From an uncultured Desulfobacter sp. (GTDB lineage: Bacteria; Desulfobacterota; Desulfobacteria; Desulfobacterales; Desulfobacteraceae): a stretch of 64,000 nucleotides of DNA. A model generated the notes under the pieces. The model was not told the DNA's origin and searched no databases. It saw only the letters and a list, made by a program, of their open reading frames with translations. Numbering within the stretch: the first letter of the stretch is position 1; each line of letters starts with the position of its first letter. The DNA is taken from assembly GCA_963665095.1 (NCBI GenBank), contig OY762069.1, forward strand, positions 5,984,001-6,048,000, written 5' to 3'. The position numbers and the translations under genes were made by a program. Shown here one piece after another: positions 18,209-28,254 of the stretch.

Positions 18209-19420
18209 ATGGCAGATAATACGGGGCAACTCAGTGAACTTATCCGACAGGAAGCTGAGAAAATTGAAGCAGATGCCATCCGCTGGCGGCGCCATTTCCA
18301 CCGCCATCCAGAACTCAGTTTTGAAGAATTCGAAACATCGGATTTCATTGCTGAACGATTACTGGAAATGGGATATGAGGTGAAGCGCAAAATTGGCGGG
18401 ACCGGTATCTGTGCCCTGCTCGATACGGGAAAACAGGGTCCGGTGATCGCGTTTCGGGCGGATATGGACGCCCTTCCGCTTCTGGAAGCCACAGGGCTTG
18501 CTTTTGAATCGGAGAGGACCGGTATCATGCACGCCTGCGGCCATGATGCCCATATGGCCATTCTGCTGGGTACCGCAAGGGTTCTTTTCCGGTTAAAGGA
18601 ACATTTTTGCGGCATGGTTAAAATCCTCTTTCAGCCCGGGGAAGAGGCCAACGGCGGTGCCAAGTGCATGATTGACGACGGGGTCTTAACCCGGCCGGAC
18701 GTATCATCGATTTTTGCATTACACATGGTGCCGGAACTGCCCGTGGGCACCATCGGAATCCGCAGCGGCTACCTTTCTGCCACAGATGATATTTTTGTAA
18801 TCCAAATCCAGGGAAGAAATGCGCATTCCTCAGAACCCCAGGAAGGGGTCAATGCCATCGTGATTGCCGCCCATGTCATCACCGCACTCCAATCCATTCA
18901 AACCTGCGACCTGGATCCCTTTGATGTGGCCACCCTGTCGGTCTGCGTGATGCATTCCGGAGAGGCGGAAAATGTCATCCCTGAAAATGCTGAGTTAAAA
19001 GGCATGATCCGGTGTGTTGAAAAAGAGACAAAGATCAAGATGCGCGACCGGATCAAAACAATCGTCTCCCATACTGCCATGGCGCTTAAAGGCAGTGCCC
19101 AGGTCGATTTCATAGATGGATTCCCCGCGGTTTACAATGATCCGGATCTGACGGAAACCGTGATTCATGCCGGCGGCCGGATGCTTGGCTCCCCCGAAGA
19201 TGTTCTCATGATACCCAAGCCCCATATGGGTTCGGAGGATTTTTCCTATTACCAGGAAAAAATTCCGGGCGCCATGTTCATGCTGGGCTGCGGTGTTCCT
19301 GGAGAAGACAGAGGCGCGCTGCATACCAGTACCCTGGATATTGATGAAGACGCACTGCTGAACGGGATCAAGATTTTTTCACAAATCGCGGCGGAACAGC
19401 TGTCCGGGACCCCGGAATAA
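18209..19420 (+). CDS. M20D-family amidohydrolase
   Basis: HRHPELSFEE; RADMDALP; MHACGHDAH; FQPGEE; SEDF; LH. Confidence 0.93.
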   Translation: MADNTGQLSELIRQEAEKIEADAIRWRRHFHRHPELSFEEFETSDFIAERLLEMGYEVKRKIGGTGICALLDTGKQGPVIAFRADMDALPLLEATGLAFESERTGIMHACGHDAHMAILLGTARVLFRLKEHFCGMVKILFQPGEEANGGAKCMIDDGVLTRPDVSSIFALHMVPELPVGTIGIRSGYLSATDDIFVIQIQGRNAHSSEPQEGVNAIVIAAHVITALQSIQTCDLDPFDVATLSVCVMHSGEAENVIPENAELKGMIRCVEKETKIKMRDRIKTIVSHTAMALKGSAQVDFIDGFPAVYNDPDLTETVIHAGGRMLGSPEDVLMIPKPHMGSEDFSYYQEKIPGAMFMLGCGVPGEDRGALHTSTLDIDEDALLNGIKIFSQIAAEQLSGTPE

Positions 19421-19654
19421 AAAATTACCCTTACGGTTTCGGCCTTGACGCCGGTACAGAAGACGAGGAAAAAACAAGCAAGGGGGGGGGATTCTTTGGT
19501 TGAACGCACCTCAGGGAAATGCACCTCATGCTTGCAATATCTTGCATTCATTTTTTCTGTGTAATAAATTGCAAAATTACTAACAGGCGGCCATGTGTGT
19601 CCAGCGAACATGTTCCGGACACACATGGCCCGCAGACAGCAAGAAAGTCATAAA

Positions 19655-20938
19655 ATGTCCCGGGATTATTTAAACGATATTCTTGAAGAAGTCAGGCCGA
19701 TTCTTGAGGCAAACAGTTCTGCCATGTGCATCCTGGATCACCGCCGGGAAATAGTCTACTCGAACGCCCTGTACGAGCGCATGCTGCGCCGGAAAAAACC
19801 TGAAATCATAGAAGATGCAAAACCCATTGTGACCCGGGACGGTGAAACCTGCGGCACGGTGATCATCTATCACGACCGGTCCGAAATCAACCGCCTCAAA
19901 CGGGAATTAAACCGGCTGAACCGCAAGCTGCGCTCAATCCAGGTAAAATACACCTTTGACGACATTATCGGGAACAGTCCCGAATTTCGGCATACCATCA
20001 AGATTGCCAAAAGTGCGGCCAAAACCCCTGCAAGCATATTGCTGCGGGGGGAAAGCGGTACGGGAAAAGAACTGTTTGCCCATGCCATTCACAACAGCAG
20101 CCCCCGGCGTTATGATAATTTTGTAAAAATCAACTGTGCCGCATTATCTGAATCGCTGCTGGAAACCGAGCTGTTCGGATATTGCCAGGGCGCATTTACC
20201 GGTGCCAGAAGAAGTGGTAAAACCGGCCTGTTTTCCGAAGCCAACAAAGGCACCCTGTTCCTTGATGAGATTGGGGATGTCTCAATGAAAATGCAGACCA
20301 AGCTGCTGCGGGCACTCCAGGAAAAGGAAATCATGCCCGTAGGTGCCACACGGCCAGTGCGAATCGATGTCCGGCTCATCTGCGCCACACACCGGTCTCT
20401 TGAAGAGATGGTCGAACAAAAAAAATTCCGGCATGATCTGTACTACCGGATCAACGTGTTTCCTCTGTTCATTCCACCGCTCAGGAAACGCCTGGATGAC
20501 ATTGGCCCGATTCTTGAATATCTGCTCATCAAATACAATGATATTTACGACCGCAACGTTCAACATATTGATCCCGAGGTCATTCGCCTTTTAAAAAACC
20601 GGGAATGGCACGGCAACGTCCGGGAGCTTGAAAATATTCTTTCCCGGACCTTGTTGTTTATGGACGAAAAGGCAGACCACTTGAGGGCCGCAGATATCTG
20701 CCATGTTCTGGAAACCGACTGTCAACCGGCCAAATATCCTGATCAACCAAAGCAGGCATCCGGCGATCAAGATGCATGGCAGCTTCCGGCAAACCTCTCC
20801 CAGGCCATGCAGGCAACAGAACGTCAATGCATTATCCGGGCTCTGGCACAGGCAGACGGAAATAAAAACAAAGCCGCCCATGAACTGGGAATCCCTTTGC
20901 GGACCCTGTATTTTAAATGCAAGAAACTTGGCGTCTGA
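19655..20938 (+). CDS. Sigma-54 enhancer-binding protein (RocR-like, short PAS-like N-terminus)
   Basis: [32 protein letters not shown]. Confidence 0.9.
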   Translation: MSRDYLNDILEEVRPILEANSSAMCILDHRREIVYSNALYERMLRRKKPEIIEDAKPIVTRDGETCGTVIIYHDRSEINRLKRELNRLNRKLRSIQVKYTFDDIIGNSPEFRHTIKIAKSAAKTPASILLRGESGTGKELFAHAIHNSSPRRYDNFVKINCAALSESLLETELFGYCQGAFTGARRSGKTGLFSEANKGTLFLDEIGDVSMKMQTKLLRALQEKEIMPVGATRPVRIDVRLICATHRSLEEMVEQKKFRHDLYYRINVFPLFIPPLRKRLDDIGPILEYLLIKYNDIYDRNVQHIDPEVIRLLKNREWHGNVRELENILSRTLLFMDEKADHLRAADICHVLETDCQPAKYPDQPKQASGDQDAWQLPANLSQAMQATERQCIIRALAQADGNKNKAAHELGIPLRTLYFKCKKLGV

Positions 20939-20994
20939 TTCCCCACTGCTATTTGTATACATCATCAAGCCGATTCCGGCCTTGGCAAAGGTGA

Positions 20995-21474
20995 TTAAAA
21001 ATAAAAACGGACTGAACCGCTGCACTCCCCGTGAAGATGCATCAGGCAGCTGCGGACGGGCGGATGCATGGTAAAAGGCATCTTGAGGGTGTCCAACCAG
21101 CTTTCGATACGGTAAAGAACGCCACATTCATATTTACCCGCCACACCGAGACGGCACATTCCCTTATAGGCAAAGCAATTCCCTTTTTCCATTTCCCAGT
21201 GAAGCACGTTTCTTTCCTCAAGGCTGAATTTTGCCCGCATGAAATCTGCCAGAACAATATCAAAAGCCTGTTTAAGAAATTTGGACAATGTATCAAAGGA
21301 TTCAAACGTATCCGTCTCCACTCCGAGGATCTGCTTCAGGCGTGAGACTTCTACAGCAGACATGGATCTAATGGCAGCCCGGTTAAGGGCATTGGTCTTT
21401 TCAATGCCAAGGGTTTTAAAGCAGTGGAGGAACCACATGGCATCGTGGGTTATCCACCCTTTGCTGACCAAAAT
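20995..21474 (-). pseudogene. DUF6125-like protein, 5' end replaced by repeat copy 2
   Basis: KGWITHDAMWF..CFAYKGM..YECGV..C..C pattern; the upstream frame runs straight into the repeat at 21471. Confidence 0.55.
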
Positions 21475-21569
21475 CAGCGACACCGAGGCCATGTATTGGA
21501 TTGAGAATATTTACCGGTAAAAGTTTGAAAGGGGATTGGGATTATCCAATCCCCTTTTGAGGTCAAAAA

Positions 21570-22088
21570 TTATGATCTTCTTCCAATGCCTGTTTTAGGG
21601 GACAAGCTTCTTTTTGGTCCTGGCCATGACGATATGTTTCCAACACTTCTATTGCCCACAAGGGTTGCATGGGTGGTTATGATTTTTCCAAGGTGTCGTG
21701 CCTCTTTTTCATACCTGGGATGGAAATTCAAAAACTTGATGATCTGATCATTAAATTCCTGTGTATAGGCGGTTTGCTTATCCCGTCTTCGTACCAGTTC
21801 CCGCTTCCGCTCATTAGCATAGGCCGGTGTTGACCTCTTAGCAGCCACTTCCTGTTTTGCGGACAGGATATTGTCAGCGAGGGCCCATATGCCTTTTGAA
21901 ATCATCCGTCTGCGGTATTTTACCTGGACCACCCATACGGAGCCCTTTAACTTTACTCGCCTTGTAACCGCAGCATCCCCTGCTGGCAAAAAAGCCCACC
22001 CTTCAGGTGGTGTCAGTTTTTTCCCTGATTCAGAATATAGTGTTCCTTCTGTAGGCCCAGGAGAAACACTTAAATGCTGATGTACCAT
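21570..22088 (-). pseudogene. DUF2293-like gene copy 2, deleted and frameshifted
   Basis: Nearly identical to copy 1 up to HAT; the 161-bp deletion then shifts the frame. Confidence 0.85.
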
Positions 22089-22105
22089 TCACTATACCTT
22101 AATAA

Positions 22106-22415
22106 TCATTTAAGTTTATGAGAATACCGTTTTGAATTGGGATAATCGACTCTCTCCTTCAATTCTTTTCCCGGCTTGAAAAAAAGGGAGCCTTTTGGTG
22201 GGAACCATAACCTTTTTCCCAGTCTTGGGATTTCTGCCAGTGTAACTGGCGTATTCTTTGATGGAAAAAGAACACAGGCCACGAATCTCAATCCGGTCAC
22301 CTTTAACCATGATCTCAGTGGGGCTATCGAAAAAGAGCTTCACCATGTCGGTGGATTCCTGTTTGGTCAGCCCAGTTCTATCTTTGATTGCCTAAATTAG
22401 TTCAAGTTTGTTCAT
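22106..22415 (-). pseudogene. HU/IHF-family gene copy 2, nonsense mutation plus frameshift
   Basis: CAG>TAG at 22392-22394 and the same A7 frameshift (22179-22185). Confidence 0.85.
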
Positions 22416-22952
22416 ACCCATTGCTCCCGTCATTATTTTTAGCGGGCAACATGTTTAGCTGGTTCTTTGAATTTTATCAAGTGGCAAAACTAAGCAACTT
22501 ATTGAAATACAATTATATATAAAATTTGGATTTTATTTTACAAGATTTCAAAGGAAATTGGGGAAGGGCCAATCCCAACAATTGAAACGCCAGTGCCCCT
22601 GGCCTTTCTCGGAACAATAGCGACTGGTCATAGACAGAATGCTTGCCTCTTTCGATGTTCAATTAGAGGCAGGAGTATAATATATTAAATTTACTGGTGG
22701 CGTTTCCGGGCTGACACAATATATGGTGGCCGGGGATTTTTTGAAAAAGTGTTCAATCATACCCTAAGTGCTTGGTTTTGCTTTTTTGGGGGAATCAGTG
22801 ATACAAGAAAATTTTAACTTTGATCAACTTCATAAAGGGTTGACCGGATTATCAAATTTTCTTAATAGGAAATGGATAGGTTGTATGAAATATTTTCGTA
22901 TTAGTGCTAAGATCTTTTTTTACCATCAAGCAGTTTGAAAGGAAATAGATTC

Positions 22953-24062
22953 GTGATAAACGAAATATATATTGATAATTTTAGGTGTTTAACAAATTTC
23001 CAAATTAAACCGGGTGATTTTCAGCTTTGGTTAGGGGAAAATGGTTCTGGTAAAACTTCTGTACGACATGCATTGCACTGTATTCAGCGTCTAATGAAGG
23101 GTGAGCATGTAGAAGATATTTTTAGTAAAGATACTCTAACACGGTGGGATAGACGGCAGGAACAGAGGATCGGGTTCTCTCTATTAATAGATGGTGATGT
23201 ATACAAGTACGAATTAACAATTGAATATGCAAATCAGGAAGATAAACAGCGTATTAAGCAAGAAAAGTTAATTTGGAAAGACTCAACTTTTTTTCTATTT
23301 GATGGACAGGAAGCGCATCTCTATCGTATTAACCGGCAGACAAAGGTCATAGAAGAGGGGGCCATCTTTCCTGCCAACTGGGGGCGTTCTGTGATTCCGA
23401 CAATTGCGCAACGGGACGATAATAAACCGTTGATTCATTTTAGGGAAGAATTTGAAAAAATTCTGTTACTTCAACCGATTCCTCAAATGGTAAAGGCGGC
23501 TGCCACAATCGAGTCAAGAAGTCTATCGGAACATGCTAAAAATTTTGCCCAATGGTACCGGCATCTTTTACAGGAACAGCCATCAATTGGTTATGGAGCC
23601 AAAAAACTTTTAGAAGATGTCCTTCCGGGTTTTGAACAGTTGAGCTTGAGGGATTTCGGGGAATCCCGAAAACTAATGGCTACATTCAGAATCGATAACA
23701 AAGATCATGATTTTGATTTCATGAACATTTCTGATGGTCAGCGTCAATTGATAATTTTGTATACTGTTTTAGAAGCATTACGCGCTGGAATATTTTCAAC
23801 ACTAATAATAGACGAACCGGATAACTTCGTTTCATTGCGTGAAATCCAGCCTTGGCTTGAAAATCTAAACGATATCTGTGAAGAACAGAATCGGCAAGCA
23901 CTACTTATTTCGCATCACCCTGAAATTATAAATAAGATGGCGCGGGGAACAGAACTTTGGTTCTCCAGAAAGAATGGATCACATGTAATTGTAGATTCGT
24001 TTCCCGAAGTACCTGATTTGACCCCAGCAGAGGTTATGGTACGGGGATGGGAAAATGAGTAA
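22953..24062 (+). CDS. ABC-type (AAA_21/OLD-like) ATPase
   Basis: IYIDNFRCL; Walker A GENGSGKTS; signature ISDGQRQ; Walker B LIIDEPDNF; H-loop ISHHPE. AT-rich; likely GTG start. Confidence 0.88.
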   Translation: MINEIYIDNFRCLTNFQIKPGDFQLWLGENGSGKTSVRHALHCIQRLMKGEHVEDIFSKDTLTRWDRRQEQRIGFSLLIDGDVYKYELTIEYANQEDKQRIKQEKLIWKDSTFFLFDGQEAHLYRINRQTKVIEEGAIFPANWGRSVIPTIAQRDDNKPLIHFREEFEKILLLQPIPQMVKAAATIESRSLSEHAKNFAQWYRHLLQEQPSIGYGAKKLLEDVLPGFEQLSLRDFGESRKLMATFRIDNKDHDFDFMNISDGQRQLIILYTVLEALRAGIFSTLIIDEPDNFVSLREIQPWLENLNDICEEQNRQALLISHHPEIINKMARGTELWFSRKNGSHVIVDSFPEVPDLTPAEVMVRGWENE

Positions 24063-24603
24063 AGCATCTAAAATAATTGTCCTCTGTGAAGATAATGCCC
24101 ACGCAATGTTTGCACGACGTTTTTTAAAAAAATGGGGTGTGGACAATCGTAAATACACTGTACTGGATTATCCAAATGGCGAGGGGTCAGGCAAAAAATT
24201 TGTGAAGGAAACCCTTCCCAAAGAGGTCAAAGCGTTGCGTAGTAGACATGCATCTACAATTTTGTTGGTTGTTCTGGATGCTGATGAGTTTTCTGTTGAT
24301 GAGGTAAAATATGAATTAGATGAAATAGTTGTGCCGCACAGAGGGGATGAAGAACAAATAATATATATCATCCCTAAATGGCATGTTGAAACATGGATAG
24401 CTTATCTTCATGGAGAAGAAGTTGATGAAGAGGAAAAACAAGCGTACAAAACAAAATTTGGTAAGATGGCTGAACTCAAGTCTGTACATCCATTCATAGA
24501 CAGCTTGGTATCTCAATGTAAAAACAGGGCTCCACTTAGCTCGCCACCCAGTTCCCTTATAGTGACCTGCGGTGAATTTGAACGAATCCGGGATATGCTG
24601 TGA
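24055..24603 (+). CDS. TOPRIM-like putative nuclease partner (DUF4276/DUF4435/RloB-like)
   Basis: IIVLCED; VVLDADE (DxD); IPKWHVETW. Start overlaps the ATPase stop by 8 nt. Confidence 0.65.
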   Translation: MSKASKIIVLCEDNAHAMFARRFLKKWGVDNRKYTVLDYPNGEGSGKKFVKETLPKEVKALRSRHASTILLVVLDADEFSVDEVKYELDEIVVPHRGDEEQIIYIIPKWHVETWIAYLHGEEVDEEEKQAYKTKFGKMAELKSVHPFIDSLVSQCKNRAPLSSPPSSLIVTCGEFERIRDML

Positions 24604-25018
24604 TGATTCTATGATCTTGATCAATTTTTTCTGAATTATACCCTATAAAAAATATAAAAAATTGATTTCGATTTGCCATCTTATACCTGTTTACTTTGTC
24701 TATTAGTCCTGTTTTTTTTGTAAAACGGTTCACCCCTATATGTTGTGCCTGCTTTGAAAAGCCCAGAATCAATTTAATAGAACAGATTATTGAATCAAAA
24801 ATATGAAGTGACTACTAAGCCGCAGCTATAGTGAGGACTTCTTGGGCTTCGCCCCGACCTTGTAGCCCCATGCCGCATTCACAATGCGGACATTCTGCTT
24901 TGGATCAGGAAAATCACGGATGCAGGCCTTGCTGTCTATTAATTGCAGTATCTAACTCTTTGATACAAATTTTAAACATATCTTTTTCTATCGTTAAAAT
25001 TTCAGAAAAAAAGGAACT

Positions 25019-25160
25019 GTGTTAACCTCTGAGGTGCTTGAGCAAGCCCAGGATCTCTTGAATGAGGGGCAGCCAAGAAACGATATTGCGCAAAAACTTG
25101 ATGTAAAGCCGGACACCCTGCGCAAGGCCATTAATGACGGCCGCCTTCAAGAATTGAAAA
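25019..25160 (+). mobile_element. Possible transposase HTH fragment
   Basis: VLTSEVLEQAQDLLNEG..IAQKLDVKPDTLRKAINDGRL is HTH-like; the rest of the ORF looks non-coding. Confidence 0.4.
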
Positions 25161-25342
25161 AACCTGCAAAAATAACTGTTAAATCATCTCGGATATTCAT
25201 AATTACAGCCAAACGACAATTGAAATTCCCGAAATCTGAGAATCAAAAAAAAGGTATAAACAGTCAAATTGAACGGAAGGACCCGGACAGCATGCTGCAG
25301 ATGCAATGCGCTGTCTGGAGAAAGGTTTTACATATACAAATC

Positions 25343-26593
25343 TCAGCATTTTTGCAGGATCATCACTGAACAGGCAGCTTCCTCAAAACCAATGAGCCCC
25401 CCGCCGTTTTCCTGCAGGGCCCATTCAGCGCCTTTTACCTGGCGCTGGCCTGATTCGCCCCGAAGCTGGGTCACCAGTTCATAAATCATGGATAGTCCTG
25501 TCGCCCCTACCGGATGACCTTTTGATACCAGTCCCCCAGAGGTGTTGACAGGTATTTTTCCTTCAAGTGTGGTGGCCCCTGATTCGACAAACGGTCCTCC
25601 TTTACCTTCAGGGCAGAAACCAAGCATTTCCGTCTGATAAATTTCACAAAATGCGGTTGCATCATGGACCTCTGCCACATCAATATCATGGGGTGTGATG
25701 CCGGCCATGGCATAGGCCTTGTCCGCAGCAATTCTGCTCAGGCTCGGCTCATCAAACGAACGATATTTTCCGCCGGTAAAAACTGAGGCGCTGATTCGGA
25801 CAGCCCTGTCCCGAACCGGACCGGGTAAATCGGCCAATGCTTTTTTTGAACAGACGATAGCTGCTGCAGCACCGTCTCCAATGGGAGCACACATGCCACG
25901 GGTCAGAGGATAGCTCACCTCCCGGTCTTCAAGAACCTGGTCGGTTGTTTGGGTGAATCGGTATTGGGCTTTGGGGTTTAAGGCGCCGAAGTTATGGTTT
26001 TTCGCCGCGCCAGACGCAATCTGTCGGCGAGTGGTGCCGTATTTCCACATATGATACCTGGCCTGCATGGCGTAGGTATCCATGAACAGGGTCCTGTTGG
26101 GTCCTGTTTCAAAGGGTCTGCCGATCTGTTCACCCGCACGCCGATAGTGATCCAGGGTAGCCTGGGGGGAGAACCTGTCCATGCCTTCTTCAAACCCGTT
26201 GATCATTCCCTGTGGGTCATCCGGGATAAAAAGTTTTTCAACCCCTATAGCCAGAACGAGATTGGACTGACCGCTCAACACGTCCTTCCAGGCAGAATGC
26301 AGTGCCATAGAGGCTGTGGCGCATGCCCCTTCAACATTAATTATGGGCACCCGTTCAGGAAACAGTTTTTTTTCCACCAGGGGCAGAAAGCAGGCCTGCC
26401 CCCGGATCAGTGGCTGTCCTGCGGCATGCATCCGGCAGTTGCCGAAATAGGCAAAATCAATGGCATCCCCATTGTCCAGACCGGCGTCCACCAAGACGTT
26501 TATATAGGCTTCCGTCACCAAATCCCGGAAGCTTTTATCGGGAAATTTGCCAAAATCAGTGGTATAGGTACCAATAATATACACGGGTTCCAT
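25343..26593 (-). CDS. Thiolase family protein (SCP2-type)
   Basis: NVEGACATAS; CAPIGDGAAA; EVHDAT; VNTSGGLVSKGHPVGATG. Confidence 0.92.
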   Translation of the reverse strand: MEPVYIIGTYTTDFGKFPDKSFRDLVTEAYINVLVDAGLDNGDAIDFAYFGNCRMHAAGQPLIRGQACFLPLVEKKLFPERVPIINVEGACATASMALHSAWKDVLSGQSNLVLAIGVEKLFIPDDPQGMINGFEEGMDRFSPQATLDHYRRAGEQIGRPFETGPNRTLFMDTYAMQARYHMWKYGTTRRQIASGAAKNHNFGALNPKAQYRFTQTTDQVLEDREVSYPLTRGMCAPIGDGAAAAIVCSKKALADLPGPVRDRAVRISASVFTGGKYRSFDEPSLSRIAADKAYAMAGITPHDIDVAEVHDATAFCEIYQTEMLGFCPEGKGGPFVESGATTLEGKIPVNTSGGLVSKGHPVGATGLSMIYELVTQLRGESGQRQVKGAEWALQENGGGLIGFEEAACSVMILQKC

Positions 26594-26621
26594 ATCTGGT
26601 CTTCTGCCTCTTCAGTATTTG

Positions 26622-28196
26622 TTAAATAACCATCCTGTCTTTGCCTTCCCAGTATTGGGCGCGAATCTTCTTTTTATCCATTTTACCCAGATTGGTCAGA
26701 GGAATCTCTTTGCGAAATTCTATTTTTTTGGGTGCCAGCAAACTGCCTTTTCTTTCCTTCACAAAGTCGATAAGCGCTTTTTCTTCGACGGTTTGCCCGG
26801 CATGAATCTCAACTATCGCCAACACCTGTTCACCCCATTTTTCGTGGGGAATACCAATAACGGCTACATTTTTTACAGCCGGGTGCTCGAAAAGCACATT
26901 TTCAATCTCCCTGGGGAAGATATTGAATCCGCCGCTGACAATCATGTCTTTTTTCCGATCTACAATGTAAAGAAGCCCGGTCTCGTCCATGCGGCCGATA
27001 TCGCCGGTATGCAGCCACCCGTCCTTGAGCGTTTCTGCCGTTGCTTCCGGATTCTTGTAATAACCGTCCATAACATTGGCACACCGGGTCAGAATTTCTC
27101 CGGTTTCCCCGGTTTTGACCTCACTGCCGTTTTCGTCCACCAGTTTAATCCGGGTTTGAATTGTCGGCCGGCCGGCAGATCCCAATACCTGCATTTCCCT
27201 TTCAGGGTCCTTGACCACGTGTTCCTGTCGTGGCAATGCACTTATGGCCATGGGCGCCTCGGTCTGGCCAAAAAGCTGGGTGAAAATCGGACCAAAGGCA
27301 TGTATCGCCTGTTTGAGCCGGTCCGGGCCAATGGCAGAGGCGCCGTAAATAACATTTTTAAGGCTTGATGTATCATACTGCTCACGTTCGGGCAGATCCA
27401 GGATCAGATAGATCATGGTGGGAACCAGGAAGGTTGCCGTGATGCGTTCTTTTTCCACTGTCTGAAGAAAATGAGCAGGGTCAAAATGGTCCAGGATCAC
27501 ACATTTTCCCCTGCGTAAAAGTACGGGTAAAATCAGGGTTCCTCCGCCATGGGTTAAGGGCGTGACAAAGGTAAACACCTCCTGTCTGGCCATGTCAAAT
27601 TCAAGGGCTTGAATCAGGACAGTATAAACCCATGCCCTGTGGGACAGCATGACACCCTTGGGGCGTCCCGTGGTTCCACCGGTAAAATAAATCGCCAAAA
27701 GGTCTTTGGACGTGATATTGACTTGAACGGGGGCGGGCGGATAGCTGCGGATCAGGTGTCTGAGATCATGGTGACCCTCCGGGACCGTTTCCGGTTGCTC
27801 ACTGACACATATAAAATGGGTGACAGTCTCAAGACGGGAAACCATTTCCATAAGTCGCCCAGTCATTTTCTCGTGGTAAATTAATGCCTTGCATTCAGTC
27901 AGGTTCATCATGTAAATGTGATCTTCCGCTCCCAGCAGCACGGCCAAAGGAGTTCGGACGCAGCCGCATTTGGCCAGCGCGTATTCGCAAAAAATGTAAT
28001 CCGGGCAGTTGGGCATTAACAATGCCACCTTATCCCCTTTTTTAAGGCCAAGGTCCTGAAAGGCGGAAGCCAGGCGAAGGCTTTTATCGCCAATTTGACC
28101 ATATGAAAAGGAGTGGTCTCCATAGATAATGGCGGTATCATTGCAATAAAATTGAACACATCGGTCATACAGGTCGTTTACGGTTAATGAAATCAC
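26622..28196 (-). CDS. Acyl/aryl-CoA ligase (AMP-binding)
   Basis: YFTGGTTGRPKG; FGQTE; GWLHTGDIG; DRKKDMIVSGG; LGKMDKK. Confidence 0.93.
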   Translation of the reverse strand: MISLTVNDLYDRCVQFYCNDTAIIYGDHSFSYGQIGDKSLRLASAFQDLGLKKGDKVALLMPNCPDYIFCEYALAKCGCVRTPLAVLLGAEDHIYMMNLTECKALIYHEKMTGRLMEMVSRLETVTHFICVSEQPETVPEGHHDLRHLIRSYPPAPVQVNITSKDLLAIYFTGGTTGRPKGVMLSHRAWVYTVLIQALEFDMARQEVFTFVTPLTHGGGTLILPVLLRRGKCVILDHFDPAHFLQTVEKERITATFLVPTMIYLILDLPEREQYDTSSLKNVIYGASAIGPDRLKQAIHAFGPIFTQLFGQTEAPMAISALPRQEHVVKDPEREMQVLGSAGRPTIQTRIKLVDENGSEVKTGETGEILTRCANVMDGYYKNPEATAETLKDGWLHTGDIGRMDETGLLYIVDRKKDMIVSGGFNIFPREIENVLFEHPAVKNVAVIGIPHEKWGEQVLAIVEIHAGQTVEEKALIDFVKERKGSLLAPKKIEFRKEIPLTNLGKMDKKKIRAQYWEGKDRMVI

Positions 28197-28254
28197 TATT
28201 CCCTCCTATAAAAAATAAGACAACATCAAAGTTGGATAAAGACCATGGGCGTGC

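Larger units (their letters stand above)
21471..22491 (+). repeat. Direct repeat copy 2 (1021 bp; 161-bp internal deletion relative to copy 1)
   Basis: Same sequence as 14969-16150 except a deletion at ..ttctattg|cccaca.. and about six substitutions. Confidence 0.97.

Noticed and set aside
22953..24603. Retron- or CRISPR-associated ATPase
   Set aside because: No reverse transcriptase or cas gene in the window; the intron fragment lacks an RT and lies 8 kb away.
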